DNA of 63,984 nucleotides, counting the filler, from Octopus bimaculoides (lineage: Eukaryota): assembly GCF_001194135.2 (NCBI RefSeq). It is 4 parts of 4 records of this genome, joined end to end, with 100 filler letters (N's around TTAATTAATTAA, not from the genome) between each part and the next. Parts side by side here need not be neighbours in the genome. Positions count along the whole stretch, not along the records: positions 35,869 to 62,578 come from NC_068981.1; positions 62,679 to 63,984 come from NW_026334523.1; 2 more parts are not named here. One strand, given 5' to 3'. Shown here piece after piece: positions 50,560 through 63,532 of the stretch. A model generated the notes under the pieces. That model saw nothing but the letters and a program-made list of their open reading frames with translations, was not told the origin of the DNA and did not search any database. Made by a program: the position numbers and the translations under genes. Within the stretch, counting starts at the first letter, position 1. Every line of letters starts with the position of its first letter.

Positions 50560-51110
50560 CTGGTAGAGGCAATTGGAGTTGCACAGATGCCAAATATGTA
50601 GAAACTTACTTTTTTGTTAAATTTACGTTCATGTGCTTGAGAAGTGAAATTGTAATTGTGGCCATTGCTGGTATCAAGTAAATGGCACCTGTGAAATTGT
50701 AATCATGGCTGTTGTTGGTAGCATGAAATGATCTTTCAATGTTGGGCCTCACGAAGGTGAGGGATGAGGTGGTGAAGCATGGCGATAACAAGTGACTGAG
50801 ACCTTGGTGATATGCTATGCTTGAGAAGACTTGTCAAGCCAAGTGAAACCATAGTTGTAGCTATTGCCAGTGTCATGTAAATGGCACCTGTGAAATCGTA
50901 GACATGGCCATTACCGGTACTGTGTAAATGGCACCCATGCTTGTGGCATGTAAACAGCACCCATTACACTCTCAAAGTGGTTGGCATGAAGAAGGGCATC
51001 CAGCCATAGAAACCATGTCAAATGAGACTGGTGCAGCTCTCTGGCTTACCAGTTCCAGTCAAACCGTCTAACCCATGCCAGCATGGAAAGTGGACATCAA
51101 ATGAAGAATA
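50560..51110 (+). mobile_element. RTE LINE 3' end and UTR, degenerate
   Basis: WDEVVKH-like segment, tandem gtaaatggcacc units, and the UTR motif gaagggcatccagccatagaaaccatg. Confidence 0.7.
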
Positions 51111-51499
51111 TCATACAAGCTTTAGAAATTCAATTTCAGAGGTGTATCCACATACAAGATGTGCATATAAAACATAAAATCACCATCATCATACTTTATC
51201 ATCATCCAACCCATGCCAGCATGAAAAACAGATGTCAAAGGATGATAATGATAAGAGATTGATGATGGTTTTATATATTATATATACATATGATATTATC
51301 AATTATATATACATATATATACAACTCTGAAGTTGAATTTTTAAAGCTTGTATGATATATGAATATTTTGAGACTGGATTTATAGTTAATTTTAATTGTA
51401 TGACATAAATAAGCACTATTTTCATTTTTTTTAAAACTTCATATATTTATATATACAGCAAAATTATAAAACAGAAGCAACTCTAATGGAAACGTGCTT

Positions 51500-53200
51500 T
51501 AGTCAACAAAACTCTTGGGTAGACTACATTTGTTCTGCAGTTTAGTGCTCCAACGAAAAAATGTTTCCTTGCACATGCAAGCAGGCAACACAGAGCTGAC
51601 CATGAGAGAAGCAGGAACTTGTCAATTCATCTCCAGTAACACAAGGGACCGTTCTAAAGATTTTTTGATGATCATAGGAGATGGCAAAATTACTGGAAGC
51701 AAAGTGCTTCAACTGAACAGGTATATCAGCTGGAATTAATGTATACACTAAAACCATCATCCTTAGCAAAACTGTTTGCCAAGGTGATTTCAAACACATG
51801 AAGCATTAGTTTTGATAGCTAATCTTCTATCATTAGCATCCAAATTTCATAGCAACATAACAGGTAATTCCACTTTCAGCTGCATGTGATCAGCATGGCA
51901 CCAACAACTTTTGATGTCACTATCACAGCACACCAACTGCAGCAGATGCAGGTATTGTTCTAAAGAGACAACAAATCCACTTCTTTTGCTCAGGCATTAT
52001 TCTGAGTTGCACCAAAATGCCTGGGCCAAACTTTGTAAAGATTCATTCAGAAATGGTGACACTATTTCAAGACAAACTTTTGTGCTTATTACATAAAACA
52101 CACACACACACACACATCAGCTGTTTGCTCAGTTCTAGAAAGATCAGAATAATTTGATTCCTTCAATAATTTCACTTTCACCTTAAATGTTAACTGTGCA
52201 CATGAGAGGATGGAAAAGTTGTCAACAGACATTGGGAAAATAGAGAAAGAAGCAAACAATAAAGACTACAGGAAGGAGTGAGAGGGAGAGAGGAGGGGAG
52301 ATGGAATTGTAAAAGTAGTATAGAGAACAGAAGAAAAAGGAAACAGTACACATCTTGACACAGTCCTAAGATAATGTTGAATCACCCTGTGTTCCCACTT
52401 TAGTTCTGATGCAATAACATGTCCTCCAATAAAATGATTGCATTATGTTGATGTAGCAAATAGGCACTCCATACAGCATTGACAATCTTTCATAAAGATT
52501 CCATGTCAAAAAGCCTTCTTGAAGTTGATCACAAGCAGCTACTGGAACTCTCAATTCAGCTCAACAATGTTGCATAACATGGTGATTTGTTCACTGCATG
52601 ACCTTCCACTCATCAACTGCTTTGATCCATATTAAGTTGCAAAGATGTCCCAATTCATTAGTCAAATTGCAACCAAGATAAAACAGTCTTATGCTCTAGA
52701 CAAGAGCATTACACTTGGAAGGTTGGCATTATCTTGAGTGGGCATACAACAAGAGCACTAATTGGAGAGAGACCAGTAAATGATCAGATCAGCACAGCAA
52801 GTTTCAACACCTAATGCTAAGGTAATAGTTGAGCAGATCTGTGCCCTAAATGCAGCAAAGGAAAATAAGGCAGCATTCTGTAACCAATTGCAGGATATAG
52901 CTGATCTCATTTCTGGTAACATCAGAAATGAGATCAGCTACTTGTGCATTAGTACAAGGCAGCAGTTATCCTTGCAAGAAGTCTACTACCAATCATGGGA
53001 AAGATGCTGGCAAAATCTAGGGATTGGAAGGATTCATTTGAATCTAAGGAAGAAGTAGGCAATAAAGTCTATGTGACCCTACAGAATGGGGGTTCTCAAA
53101 CAAGCAGGAACATTGACCAGAGTGAAGAATTTTCAAGATTCAGAGAGAGAAAGAAGTGAGGGATAGTGGACCTATTTCCAACAGATCCTCATGTGAAGTG
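51500..53200. mobile_element. Old LINE relics: RT fragments on - (about 51.5-52.6 kb) and APE endonuclease fragment on + (about 52.7-53.1 kb)
   Basis: Minus strand INFKKAFD..YGVP. Plus strand VGIILS...RPVND.I..A.F...F.NQLQ. Confidence 0.5.
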
Positions 53201-53744
53201 TCAATAGGATACTTAGAGGAAGAAGAGGCAACATCAGAGAATAACGGATCTTTGAAGTCTCATGGAACCTTATCAACATGAAGAGAAAATAAAAAACCAA
53301 AAGGGACCAAACAAAGGATGTATGCACATATATATTTATATATATATTTATGTATGTCTGTGTGTATATACTATATATCTATTTATTCATTTTACATCTT
53401 GGTTTTGCTTGCTAGTAAGAGTGCATGAGCTGGGCAAATATATTTTATCAAGGAATTGTTTTAAAACCCAATACTCTAATTGTTGCTAATTTTTACCTAC
53501 TTTTTAAAGTAAGGAATTATTCTATTAATTTTTGAAATTGCAGAGCTAGAGGAGAATTTTTTGACAGGGGAATGTCAATAAATGTCACCATCCTTTTTAT
53601 CTTTTACCTCAACACTTTCATACAAATCACAAAATATTGTTTCATACAAACACACATTGTATGTATGTATGTTTATATGTATGCATGCATGTATGTATGT
53701 ATGTATGTATGTATGTATACACACTGTGTACTTCTATACAGCAT

Positions 53745-53885
53745 TTGTCAACCAATTTTCCTCACATGGCATTGGTCAGCCAGAGATTACAGTAGAAGGT
53801 ACTTTCTCAAGGTGCCACACAATGAAATAAAACTCAAGACCATGTATTTAGAAAGCAAACTTCACACCAATACAACCATGCTTGC
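53745..53885 (-). mobile_element. SINE family A, degenerate copy
   Basis: Recognisable ttggtcagcc...caaggtgccac...aagcaaactt segments. Confidence 0.6.
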
Positions 53886-54349
53886 ACCTAAGGAGAAATT
53901 GTGTATATATAGGAGCATGAACCATTGTGTGTATAAGTACATTTGGTGACATGACAACGTGTGTTTATGTGTGGTCAGAAGAAGGTATGTTGGAATGTAG
54001 AGCAATAGGAGGAAGGTTTATATTTGTGTCTATTTTAGTGTGTACATTTCAAAATTATGTTATGTTATGTTTGTGAGAGTATTATAAATACAAGAATGTA
54101 AGCTCTCTATTTCTGGAAGGAGGGAGGGAGTAAGTGAGCAAGCATATGTATGTATGCATGTATGTATGTATATATTATATAGACAGACAGGCATGCAGAT
54201 ATACATATACATGTGACAAATAGATAGAAAGACACAAACAGAAAGATAGATATACATATACATGTGACAGAGACAGACAGATATACATGAGACAAAATGA
54301 TAGACAGAGAAACAGATAGATAGACAGACAGACAGAAATATGTGAGTAC

Positions 54350-54960
54350 ACAGGTGCAAAAGAAGGTGGAGAAAATAGTACTTAAATACTAAAGACAGAG
54401 TAAAATAGCGTTTTATTGAAGCTGAAAAGGCTTCACAAACTGCTACTCAGAGTTTCACATAACTGATCATCAGAGAGTTGTGAGTACTCTGAACAATATA
54501 ATGGCATATAAGTGTTTATAAAACAAGGTAGGTATAATTATTTAGTAACTGAAATAAACATCTCAAACTGATTGGACAGCATGTTATTACTTATCAAAAT
54601 AACAATCTGTTAAATGAAGACAATTGACTATTGATGGAAAGTAAATATAAGAAGTAAACATTGAAAAGTGAGTTGAAATTGAATTAAAGCTGATTAAGAT
54701 AAATCACCTACATACATGAAAATGGTTATAATAGCTACAGTTGGTTTTAGAAGAAACCCTAAGTGAAACCTTAGGATGTAACCCTAAGTGTAAGCTTATA
54801 AATCTGATTAAGACCAAAATAGGTATTATTAGTTAAAATCTTACTTAGAGCGACAAATGTTATAGAGTTCCTCTTATGTTATTAATTGGTTTAAGGGTAT
54901 TAATGATAAACAGAACTGTAGATTTACTCAGATATTGTGGATTTTTATGAGTCTATGACA
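54350..54960 (-). mobile_element. PLE 3'-terminal relic carrying a hammerhead motif
   Basis: Minus strand FIINTLKPIN (GIY-YIG C-terminal-like) upstream of the HHR motif at 54432-54484. Confidence 0.45.
54432..54484 (-). ncRNA. Minimal type I hammerhead ribozyme motif, degenerate
   Basis: TCACAACTCT-CTGATGA-T-CA(GTTA)TG-T-GAAA-CTCTGAG-TA-GCAGTTTGTGA, with palindromic stem III, GUA triplet and imperfect stem I. Confidence 0.6.
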
Positions 54961-56609
54961 AGAGTAAAAGCCTGGTATTTTGCTAAGCCATATGTGTCTA
55001 TCAGTGACTCAGACATTGATATCATCTTGCATACCAAGAAATCATTACTGCTTTTAATGGCACTACTTGGTCTGATTATCAGTTAAGTGAATGTGAATAT
55101 GTTATATATGTATGCATGAGTGAGTACTATAGATATATGAATGTGCTATATATATATGTAAATAAGTTGGCTCAGTATGTGCTGTATGTGATGTTATGTA
55201 TGAAATATATATGTGTGTGTGTGTGTACATGCATATGTATCAATGTGAGTGGAGGTTAGACTCAGAGATCTATATTTTTTGTAGACACATCTTTCTCAGA
55301 AAAAGAGGATCAGACAGACCAGTTTAAGCGTTTTCATCACTTTATCGGAGACTGGGTACTCACTTCTCAAGTATAGAGAAAACAGTAGATTTTTACCCAT
55401 CTATTTACAGTGTACACAAACTTGATAGAGTTGAACTGATCTGCATCAATTTGTATAAACAGTAAATTACATTAAGTGGTAAAAAATGCTGAAATTAATC
55501 CAACTGATTTTTCTTTTCTGCCCTCAGAACAAATGCTCTTTTTTACCATACCTTCCAATTATTGACATATCAACATTTTATATTTGTTAACCAGAAGAAA
55601 AAAGTGCAGTAACTTAGTGACATTAGCCCTATATCTTTGCCTTTTCTATTGCTACAGCAATGTTTTTTTTTTACTTTACATGCAATACTAACCCCAATTA
55701 AATCTATTTTTTGCACGTGTCACCCAACAACTCCTACAATACATAATTGAATACTGAAGCTTTCCCTATCTGTGACTTGAAGTATAGTTTGGTGTAGAAT
55801 CTTTGCAAACTTTTACATGTTATAAAAACTGAGTCCCTTCTCAGACCTGTCCTCTGCTGAATATTCTTCCTTATTTATCTCTTCAAATCTTTTACCAACC
55901 TCCATTTCTCTATGCACAAAGACTACCACCAGCTTCCACCAACCCACAATTAGTAGATTCAGAAAATCCCCAAGACTATTCATTCAATGTAAAATAATAC
56001 AATGTATGTTACTACTTCACCCAGTTTGCTCTCTTAGACATTGCTTCTAAATTCAGTCATTGAGACTGAAATCAGTCTTGCAGTCTGTACAACCTTGAAA
56101 ATTTTAAGAAATAACTAGTTAAACAATTAAATGTTAAGGCAAAATTAATGCCTAATGACATGCCAAAAATGGTTAACTAAGTATATTCTGAGAGCTCTTG
56201 AATAAATTTAGTTTCTATGGTCACACATTAATTGAATTTTATAGCTAAATATGAGTTTTTGTGTTTTTGTTTATAACTATTCCATAAAATGAATATATGG
56301 AAAATATATAAATACATCCAATACATTGAAAACATTAAATTCATGTACAAATGGGATAATTATTAATTAGCCTTTTTTTATATGAAGTATTTAAGAGTAT
56401 AAAGGCTTCACATTATGAAATATAATGATGAACAGAAATATATTGACTCTGTTTTTTTATATGAATTATTCAAATTATGACTCATAACTAATTTCGAAGA
56501 CAATACAGCAACCCTGTGCATAAAAATTCTATATCATAGCGTACTTCTGAGTAATGTACAAGCATTGTAATTTATATTCAAAATAATAAAAAAGAAAATA
56601 ATACTTCAT

Positions 56610-59020
56610 CGTCATTATCGCTTAATGTCTGCCTTCCATGCTGGCATGGGTTGGATGGTTTGGCTGGAACTGGCCAGGCAGGAGCCTGCACCAGACTTCT
56701 GTGTGTGTTTTGGCAGGGCTTTTACGACTGGATGCCCTTCCTAGCACCAACCAACCCAGCAGAGTAAACTGAGTGCTTTTTTCATGGCACAAACACAGGT
56801 GAGGTCAGTTTTGGCATGTTTTTTACAGCTGGATGCCCTTCCAAATGCCAACCACTTTACAGTGAGGACTGGATGCTTTTTAAGTGGCACCAGTACTGGC
56901 AGGGTCACCAATTAACTTGCAAGACAAAGATCATTTGAGAGAGGAGGGAGCATTGGAAGAGGTGATTTTGTGTCATATACTGAAAGGTTATAGTGAGAGA
57001 GAGAAACAGAGACAGAAACAGGTGTCTGGCTGTAGGAGAGCAGCATGGTTACCCAGCCATGGAGAGAGAAGGAGACAGCAGGAATACAAGAGAGAGCAGG
57101 AGAGAGGTGGTGGCAAAATGCCAGGCATTCTAACAAAGGACAGGGATCAGAATATAAATGGGATGATTGAGTAAGAGAATAGAGAAATAGATGGTGGCAA
57201 ATGCAAGGGCATAACTTTGAGGTACGGAGGTCACAGGATAAGTGGCAGGGCATTGCCAAAGAAGCATGAGAAGAGAGTAAGGGAAGAGAATGCAGTGAGT
57301 GGTGAAAACCTGGATATATAGAGGGGTGGAGGTGGGACTACTGGATAGCAATGATACAGTGAACAGGGCTGTGAGGACAGGATTGGGGAGTGAGACATAA
57401 GCATAGGGCATGAAAGAGATGTGAAGAAGAGAAGAGATGTAGTTTGGTTTGTTGGGGTAGGGTGTGTGAAAAGCTTTCTGGTTACATGTGGATGGAACAT
57501 ACAGTGCTTCTAGAATTCAGTTCCACTAATGTGGGCAGGTCTTCTCAAGAACCTCTTATCGCCAGACATCCTGATCCATTGTCATTTCTTCCAAGAGGCC
57601 CAGCATCCTGAGATTGATCCTACCACTTCATCCCATGTTTTCCTGAGTCTCCCTCTTCCACAGGTACCCTCAACTTTCAGTGAGTGGCACTTCTTTATAT
57701 AGTTGTCTTCATTCATATGCATCACATGTCCAAACCAATGTAGTCTTCTCTCTTGCATGTTGCATTTGATTCCTCTTATCCCCAACTTTTCTCTCAATAT
57801 ATTTGCTCTTTGTCATACATGCACATCCAATGCAGCATACTGCCTTCATTTCTCTCCAGTCTATGCATGTCTTCTACATTCAGAGCCCATGTCTCACTAC
57901 CATGGAGTATAGCCATTTGCACACAAGTATCATGCAGTCTGCCTTAGACTCCTTTTGTTGCCAACAGAGGTAAATAGCTCTCTAAACTTCTTCCAACCTA
58001 TTCTTATTCTAGAAACAATATTTTCAGAGCATCCTCCACCATTGTTAATTTGGATACAGAGACTATCTACAACCTCAAGAGAGCTTCCTGGGCATTGAGA
58101 GAATCTAAGTCCCATGCGCTCTTAGTGCTTATTGTTCCTGCGCAACTGCCACATATGAAGACAACTTCATTTGTTAATCTATCTATGATTCTATTGCACC
58201 TCTTATATATCCAAAGCTTACACTGGGTGCTGTGAATGGAATTTCTTTCAACTCTTTTCCTACATATTGAGCAAGGTCATTTACCTGATGGAAAGAGAGT
58301 CTTGTCTTCTATCTTGTGAACAACAACTTTGGTCTTTACTAGGTTAACTTTCAGGCCTTTTGATTCCAGGTTATGCTTCCATAACTGGAATTTCTTCTCC
58401 AATTCTGCTACAGATTCTGCGAGAAGAGCGAGGTCATCAGCATAAAGTAGCTCCCAAGGGCATCCAGTTTTGAATTCCTCTGTTATGGCCTGGAGGACTA
58501 TAATGAATAAGAGTGGGCTGAGAACTGAGCCTTGATGGATCCTTACCTGTACACAATTCATCACTGTATTCATGGATGACTCTCACCTTACTGACAGCAC
58601 CACAGTACATGGCTTGTACAGCTACAACAAGCCACTCCTCTACTCCTAGCTTCCTTAGAGACCACCATATAATGAATCAGGGGACTCTGTCGAAAGCTTT
58701 CTCCAGGTAGACAAAAACTAAGTACAATGGCTTACTTTTGGCCAAATGCTTTTTCTGCAGCTGTCTCACAAGGAAGATGGCATCTGTGTTACTCTTCCCA
58801 GGTACAAAACAAAACTGCATCTCATCTAGTTTAATTCTATTCCTAATCAATTGAGCTATAACCCTCTCAGTAACTGTATAATACTACTACACCAGTCATT
58901 GTGGATGGCGCTTTCCTGAATAACCTGATTAACTCAACGGGTGACTAGGCTGTATCCTATACCACTGGATATTTTAATCATCTCAGCACTGATACTTGAT
59001 GGGCTTCCCAGTGATTCCAA
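56610..59020 (-). mobile_element. RTE-clade LINE (RT, C-terminus, 3' UTR), decayed
   Basis: IHQGSVLSPLLF...CPWELLYADDLAL, RLHWFGHVMHM, GRGRLRKTWDEVV, and the UTR as in other copies. Confidence 0.92.
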
Positions 59021-60270
59021 GGGACTTCCCTTGACTTCATATCCTTAATTCTTTTTTGCTTTTTCCTTCTTCACTGTATGAAAGTTACAAGTTTTAGCAT
59101 GATGTTATTTCCAATAATCATTTAGGAAAAAGCAAAGAATAAACCTACTGCACTTCTCATCTTTTCAGAATGCTTTGCTAACTTCCTTTTATTTCCTTTT
59201 TCTACACAAACATTCTGAGTTTTAGAAGGCCTAATTTTATGGCAGTAAGTCTAACACACCACCAAGTTTAATATCACTACCAGATCTTTGTATACCTTTA
59301 ATAGAATTCACTCTGTTGCAAAAACATCTTTCTGCTAACATTTTTCTTACAGATAATTACTTATAGATATTCAAGTTAATCACTAGCTGTATCAATACTA
59401 CTCATCTTTCAGGGTCTGAAAACATTATGGACACTGCCACTTCTCTCCTGAGCAATTTACAACAAAAAGTTACCTTTTTCAAAATAAATATGAAAACAAA
59501 TTCATTTGAGCCATATAAAGACTACAGAAAAGTTCTGGTGTATCTCAAGATACTTAAAGGATTGGTTGTTCTGTGAGCCTCATAACCATGTTAAAATGTG
59601 TTCTGATGCCTCCAACAATAGATTGTGAATAAGTATTGTACCTGAATGTGTATGGATATGTGCATGCAAGTGTGAATGAGTGTGTGTGTGTTTTAAGCAC
59701 ATAAAATAATGGGAAACTGTCACTGAGTCAAGTCATTGAATTCAGAGTAATTACAAATTATAGTCACTTCACTAATGTCATTAATCCTCCTAAAGTGTGA
59801 ATGTTACAAATTTTCCCTATACATATTCTCAGGCTGTATGCCTATGTGTAAAAACAGTTCAGTTTCAAGACAGGTTGATTACAATTCAGTAAGGTTGGTA
59901 GTATTTCTTGAATTATATTTCTCAAATGAATAGTAAATAAATTATACAACTTAATCTTAATGTTCTGTTAATGAAATTCACTTCTTGATTTCATCTAAAT
60001 TTTGGTAATGGCTTCCCAGACAAAAGAAAAAAAATCAAAAACTTTTTATCTCAAATTAGATTTTAAGAAAAATTTTGAAATGAAAATATTCCTTTCAGCA
60101 GTCATAATAATTGTTATGATATATAGTTGAAATAATTATAACCACTGCATCAACAACATACACTTGATACACAAAACAAAATGATCACAAATTATCGATT
60201 AAGTTGTGGAGACCAAATTCTATCATGCAAAGAACATGAATTTTCAAAAATAAAATATTGAAAGACTTAC

Positions 60271-60406
60271 CCCCTTTATAAATTTCTACGGGAATATGGA
60301 CACTAGAAGCTGACAGATTCACAGGTTGTTGAAAGCGTGGATGGTACTCTAAAAGAAGATCATCATCTGCTAAGGATGTTGAATCAAAGTAAGTTATATT
60401 TCCAAT
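60271..60406 (-). CDS. CACNA2D: Exon of a voltage-dependent calcium channel alpha2-delta subunit (VWA_N region): IGNITYFDSTSLADDDLLLEYHPRFQQPVNLSASSVHIPVEIYKR
   Basis: Acceptor catttttcag and donor gtaagt, 136 nt, phase 0-1. VNxSxSxVHIPxxIY matches the alpha2-delta N-terminal signature. Paralog not resolvable. Confidence 0.85.
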
Positions 60407-60829
60407 CTGAAAAATGTTGATAAAAAATGAAAAATATTAAAATACATTATATGATAATTTAAGTAAGTAAAACACATAGATAATTTAGTCAAATATTACT
60501 TCTTTACCAAAATGTATAAAATTATGCTCTAGTTGCTTCATGGAAGCAAAATTCCTTACTAGCAGGCTTGTAGTTATAAATGTGCAGGTAGTCTTCAAAG
60601 AATTTTTTGTTTGTTTCTTTTTTTTGTTTTTGTTTTTGGTAAGTACTGAATATTAATATTGCAAACCTTTTGAATGTGATGAAATACATTATGATAGATG
60701 CTATTTAAAATTATATTGTATGCAATTGCGATTCAGTTGAAACTTCAGGTGAACAGAATTGAACTATACGAGTGATCCTTGATGTATAATTTAAGAATAG
60801 AAGACAGTCTGTAACTGATTAATTTGTAT

Positions 60830-61010
60830 TATTCTTTTATTCTTTTACTTGCTTCATTCATTTGACTGTGGACATGCAAGAGCACCACCTTAAAGGAATT
60901 TTTAGTAAAAAAAAAATCAACCTCTTTGTAAGCCTAGTACTTATTCTATCAGTCTCTTTTACCAAACCACTAAATTACGAGGACATAAACACACCAACAT
61001 AGGTGGGAGG
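60830..61010 (-). mobile_element. SINE family B copy
   Basis: Homologous to 21765-21955. Confidence 0.75.
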
Positions 61011-61059
61011 TCAAATACAGGCACAAATACACACACACATAAATATATACATATATTTA

Positions 61060-61165
61060 AGATGAGCTTCTTTCAGCTTCCATCTACCAAATCCACTCAC
61101 AAGGCTTTGGTCAGCCCAAAGCAATAGTAGAAGACACTTGCCCAAGTTTCTTATCACACTGCTAT
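61060..61165 (-). mobile_element. SINE family A partial copy
   Basis: Homologous 3' half. Confidence 0.75.
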
Positions 61166-61521
61166 GCCAGATCTGTTCAGGCAATATTTTTTTAAACATG
61201 ATATGAAACAGAAAGATTTAGAAGCTCAAAAATAGTCAAAACATAAAAGAGCATTTCCCTGCACAATGTCCAACTCAGTATAAGTAGCTTATGAGAAATA
61301 CTTATGATGCTGAAATAAGCCATATTCAATACTTAATATTAGTTGATATTGTACTGATCTGTTTAAGAGTTTCAAGTAATAATTGCATGAAAAACAGTAA
61401 GAAAATATGTAAAATACACTCGTTCTGTGCCATGACAGATTAAAAACAGAAGAATGTTAAATGATCATTTGGATTGAAAAGCTTGGTTATTAAACAAGAG
61501 AGTCATACTAAATTAAATTAC

Positions 61522-61581
61522 CTTTAAATCAGGTTTCCATGCATAATTTGCTGCAACAGCTTCAGCAATATTTACAGAATT
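61522..61581 (-). CDS. CACNA2D: Preceding alpha2-delta exon: NSVNIAEAVAANYAWKPDLK
   Basis: Acceptor ttttattttag and donor gtaatt, 60 nt, phase 0-0. Splices in frame to 60271-60406. Confidence 0.8.
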
Positions 61582-62442
61582 CTAAAATAAAAAAAACAAA
61601 TCAGCAGAAAAATATGAAACACTTAAACAAAAATATAATATATATTGTTGATGTTATAGGAATTAATAAACTTTCAGGAGAACATGAAATAATTATTTTT
61701 GAAATGGAATCTGAAAGCACATACAAAGCTATAAATAATAGCATGTATATATTGTCATATGTACAAGAGATGTGGGTTTGGGTCCCAATGGTAGCCTTCA
61801 AGTTTTTCTACCCAAAAAAGATTTTCAAACCAATATTTATTTATATAGCTCTATATGCACTTCAAGATCCAATTCCAAAAAAGAATTATATTTTTATTTA
61901 GTATGACAGTAACTATGAGTTATCCTAAGTAATTAGTTTATGTAAATATGAGTTACCTAAAACCATTTTAAATAGCAATGAGTTATTTACAGTTTAAAGT
62001 TATTCAAATTGTCAATATTGCTAAGAGATTTGTTTTGTTTTCATTTCTTTTCTTTAGCACAAATTAACACTTCAACCATTACTTGCTGCTGAATCTATCC
62101 AACATTGAAAAGCCCCATACTATGGCTTCTTATTCCTTTATCTGAGATAGTAGTTCTTTTGACTTAATATAGAGAATCAGATTGACAAGATCAACTTTTT
62201 TTAACTAAGTCACTTTTCAAAAATATTGTATCCATTTCATTATGTTCATACTAATTTATGATAGCATTTCCACTCTTGTCAAGAGCATTGAAGTTTTTTC
62301 TAGATAGTTTCATAGTTTGTTCTATCATCTCTACACTCCAGCTCATTTGCACAGAAAATTGTTTTACATGCGTTTGTATTCTCTATTCACCTGCTACGAA
62401 TATTTTATTTTTGTGGATATATATAAATATATATATACATAT

Positions 62443-62473
<31 letters not shown>

Positions 62474-62474
62474 C

Positions 62475-62505
<31 letters not shown>

Positions 62506-62578
62506 CATATATACATACATATATACATACATATATATAGACATACATATATACATACATATATATAGACATATATAT

Positions 62579-62678
62579 NNNNNNNNNNNNNNNNNNNNNN
62601 NNNNNNNNNNNNNNNNNNNNNNTTAATTAATTAANNNNNNNNNNNNNNNNNNNNNNNNNNNNNNNNNNNNNNNNNNNN
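62579..62678. other. Artificial assembly linker
   Basis: 44N-TTAATTAATTAA-44N. Confidence 0.95.
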
Positions 62679-63490
62679 ACACGTGTATGTATATTTATAC
62701 GTACGATACAGTGTGCTTATATGCGTATAGCTGATGACTACACAGTATGTGTGTAAATGCAAGTTGTCTAAGTACAACATGTATATGTGTAATTAAGGGT
62801 ATCTATGTAAGGTTGTTTAGTACAGAGTACTACACAACCTTACATAGACGTGTATAACGTGTGTATATGATTCTGTATTGGATGCGTGTGTATAGTACAA
62901 CGTCATGTGTTGCATGTGTATAAGAATCTAGGAGTACATCGATCTGTATGCACAGATGTCTAATACAGGACATATGTGTATAACTGAGTATTACATGACA
63001 CATGTATGCTTATAGCAGTATCGCATTAGATACACGTGTTTCTATTAACTTTGAAAGGCACGGTACATATCTGAGCACACCTGTAACACACGACATATAA
63101 TAATATGGTAATGATATAAGGAATACNNNNNNNNNNCACCTGTAACACACGACATATAATAATATGGTAATGATATAAGGAATACACAGGTGAATGTTCG
63201 ATCTATATTTTACTGATGCTCTCTTGTTCATCTGTATTGTGCCAGGTATACACACATACACACACACCGTGCGTAAATGATGTCCACATGATAGTATCGA
63301 CGTTAAAATATCTATGTAAAGTTAGACATGTATATATAGATATGAAGACACATCTAAAGTGCGTTAACATACGCAAATGATGTGTACAGTACTTGTGTAA
63401 AACTTTATAGAGCGCGGTAGATTTGTATAACTTGCTATATACAGACTGTGAATGTGATGTGATGTGATGTNNNNNNNNNNNNNNNNNNNN

Positions 63491-63532
<42 letters not shown>

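Noticed and set aside
54755-54795. A few CCCTAA-like units
   Set aside because: Too few and irregular to be an interstitial telomeric array.
63078-63185. 49-bp direct repeat flanking a 10-N gap
   Set aside because: Typical unmerged contig overlap (assembly artefact).
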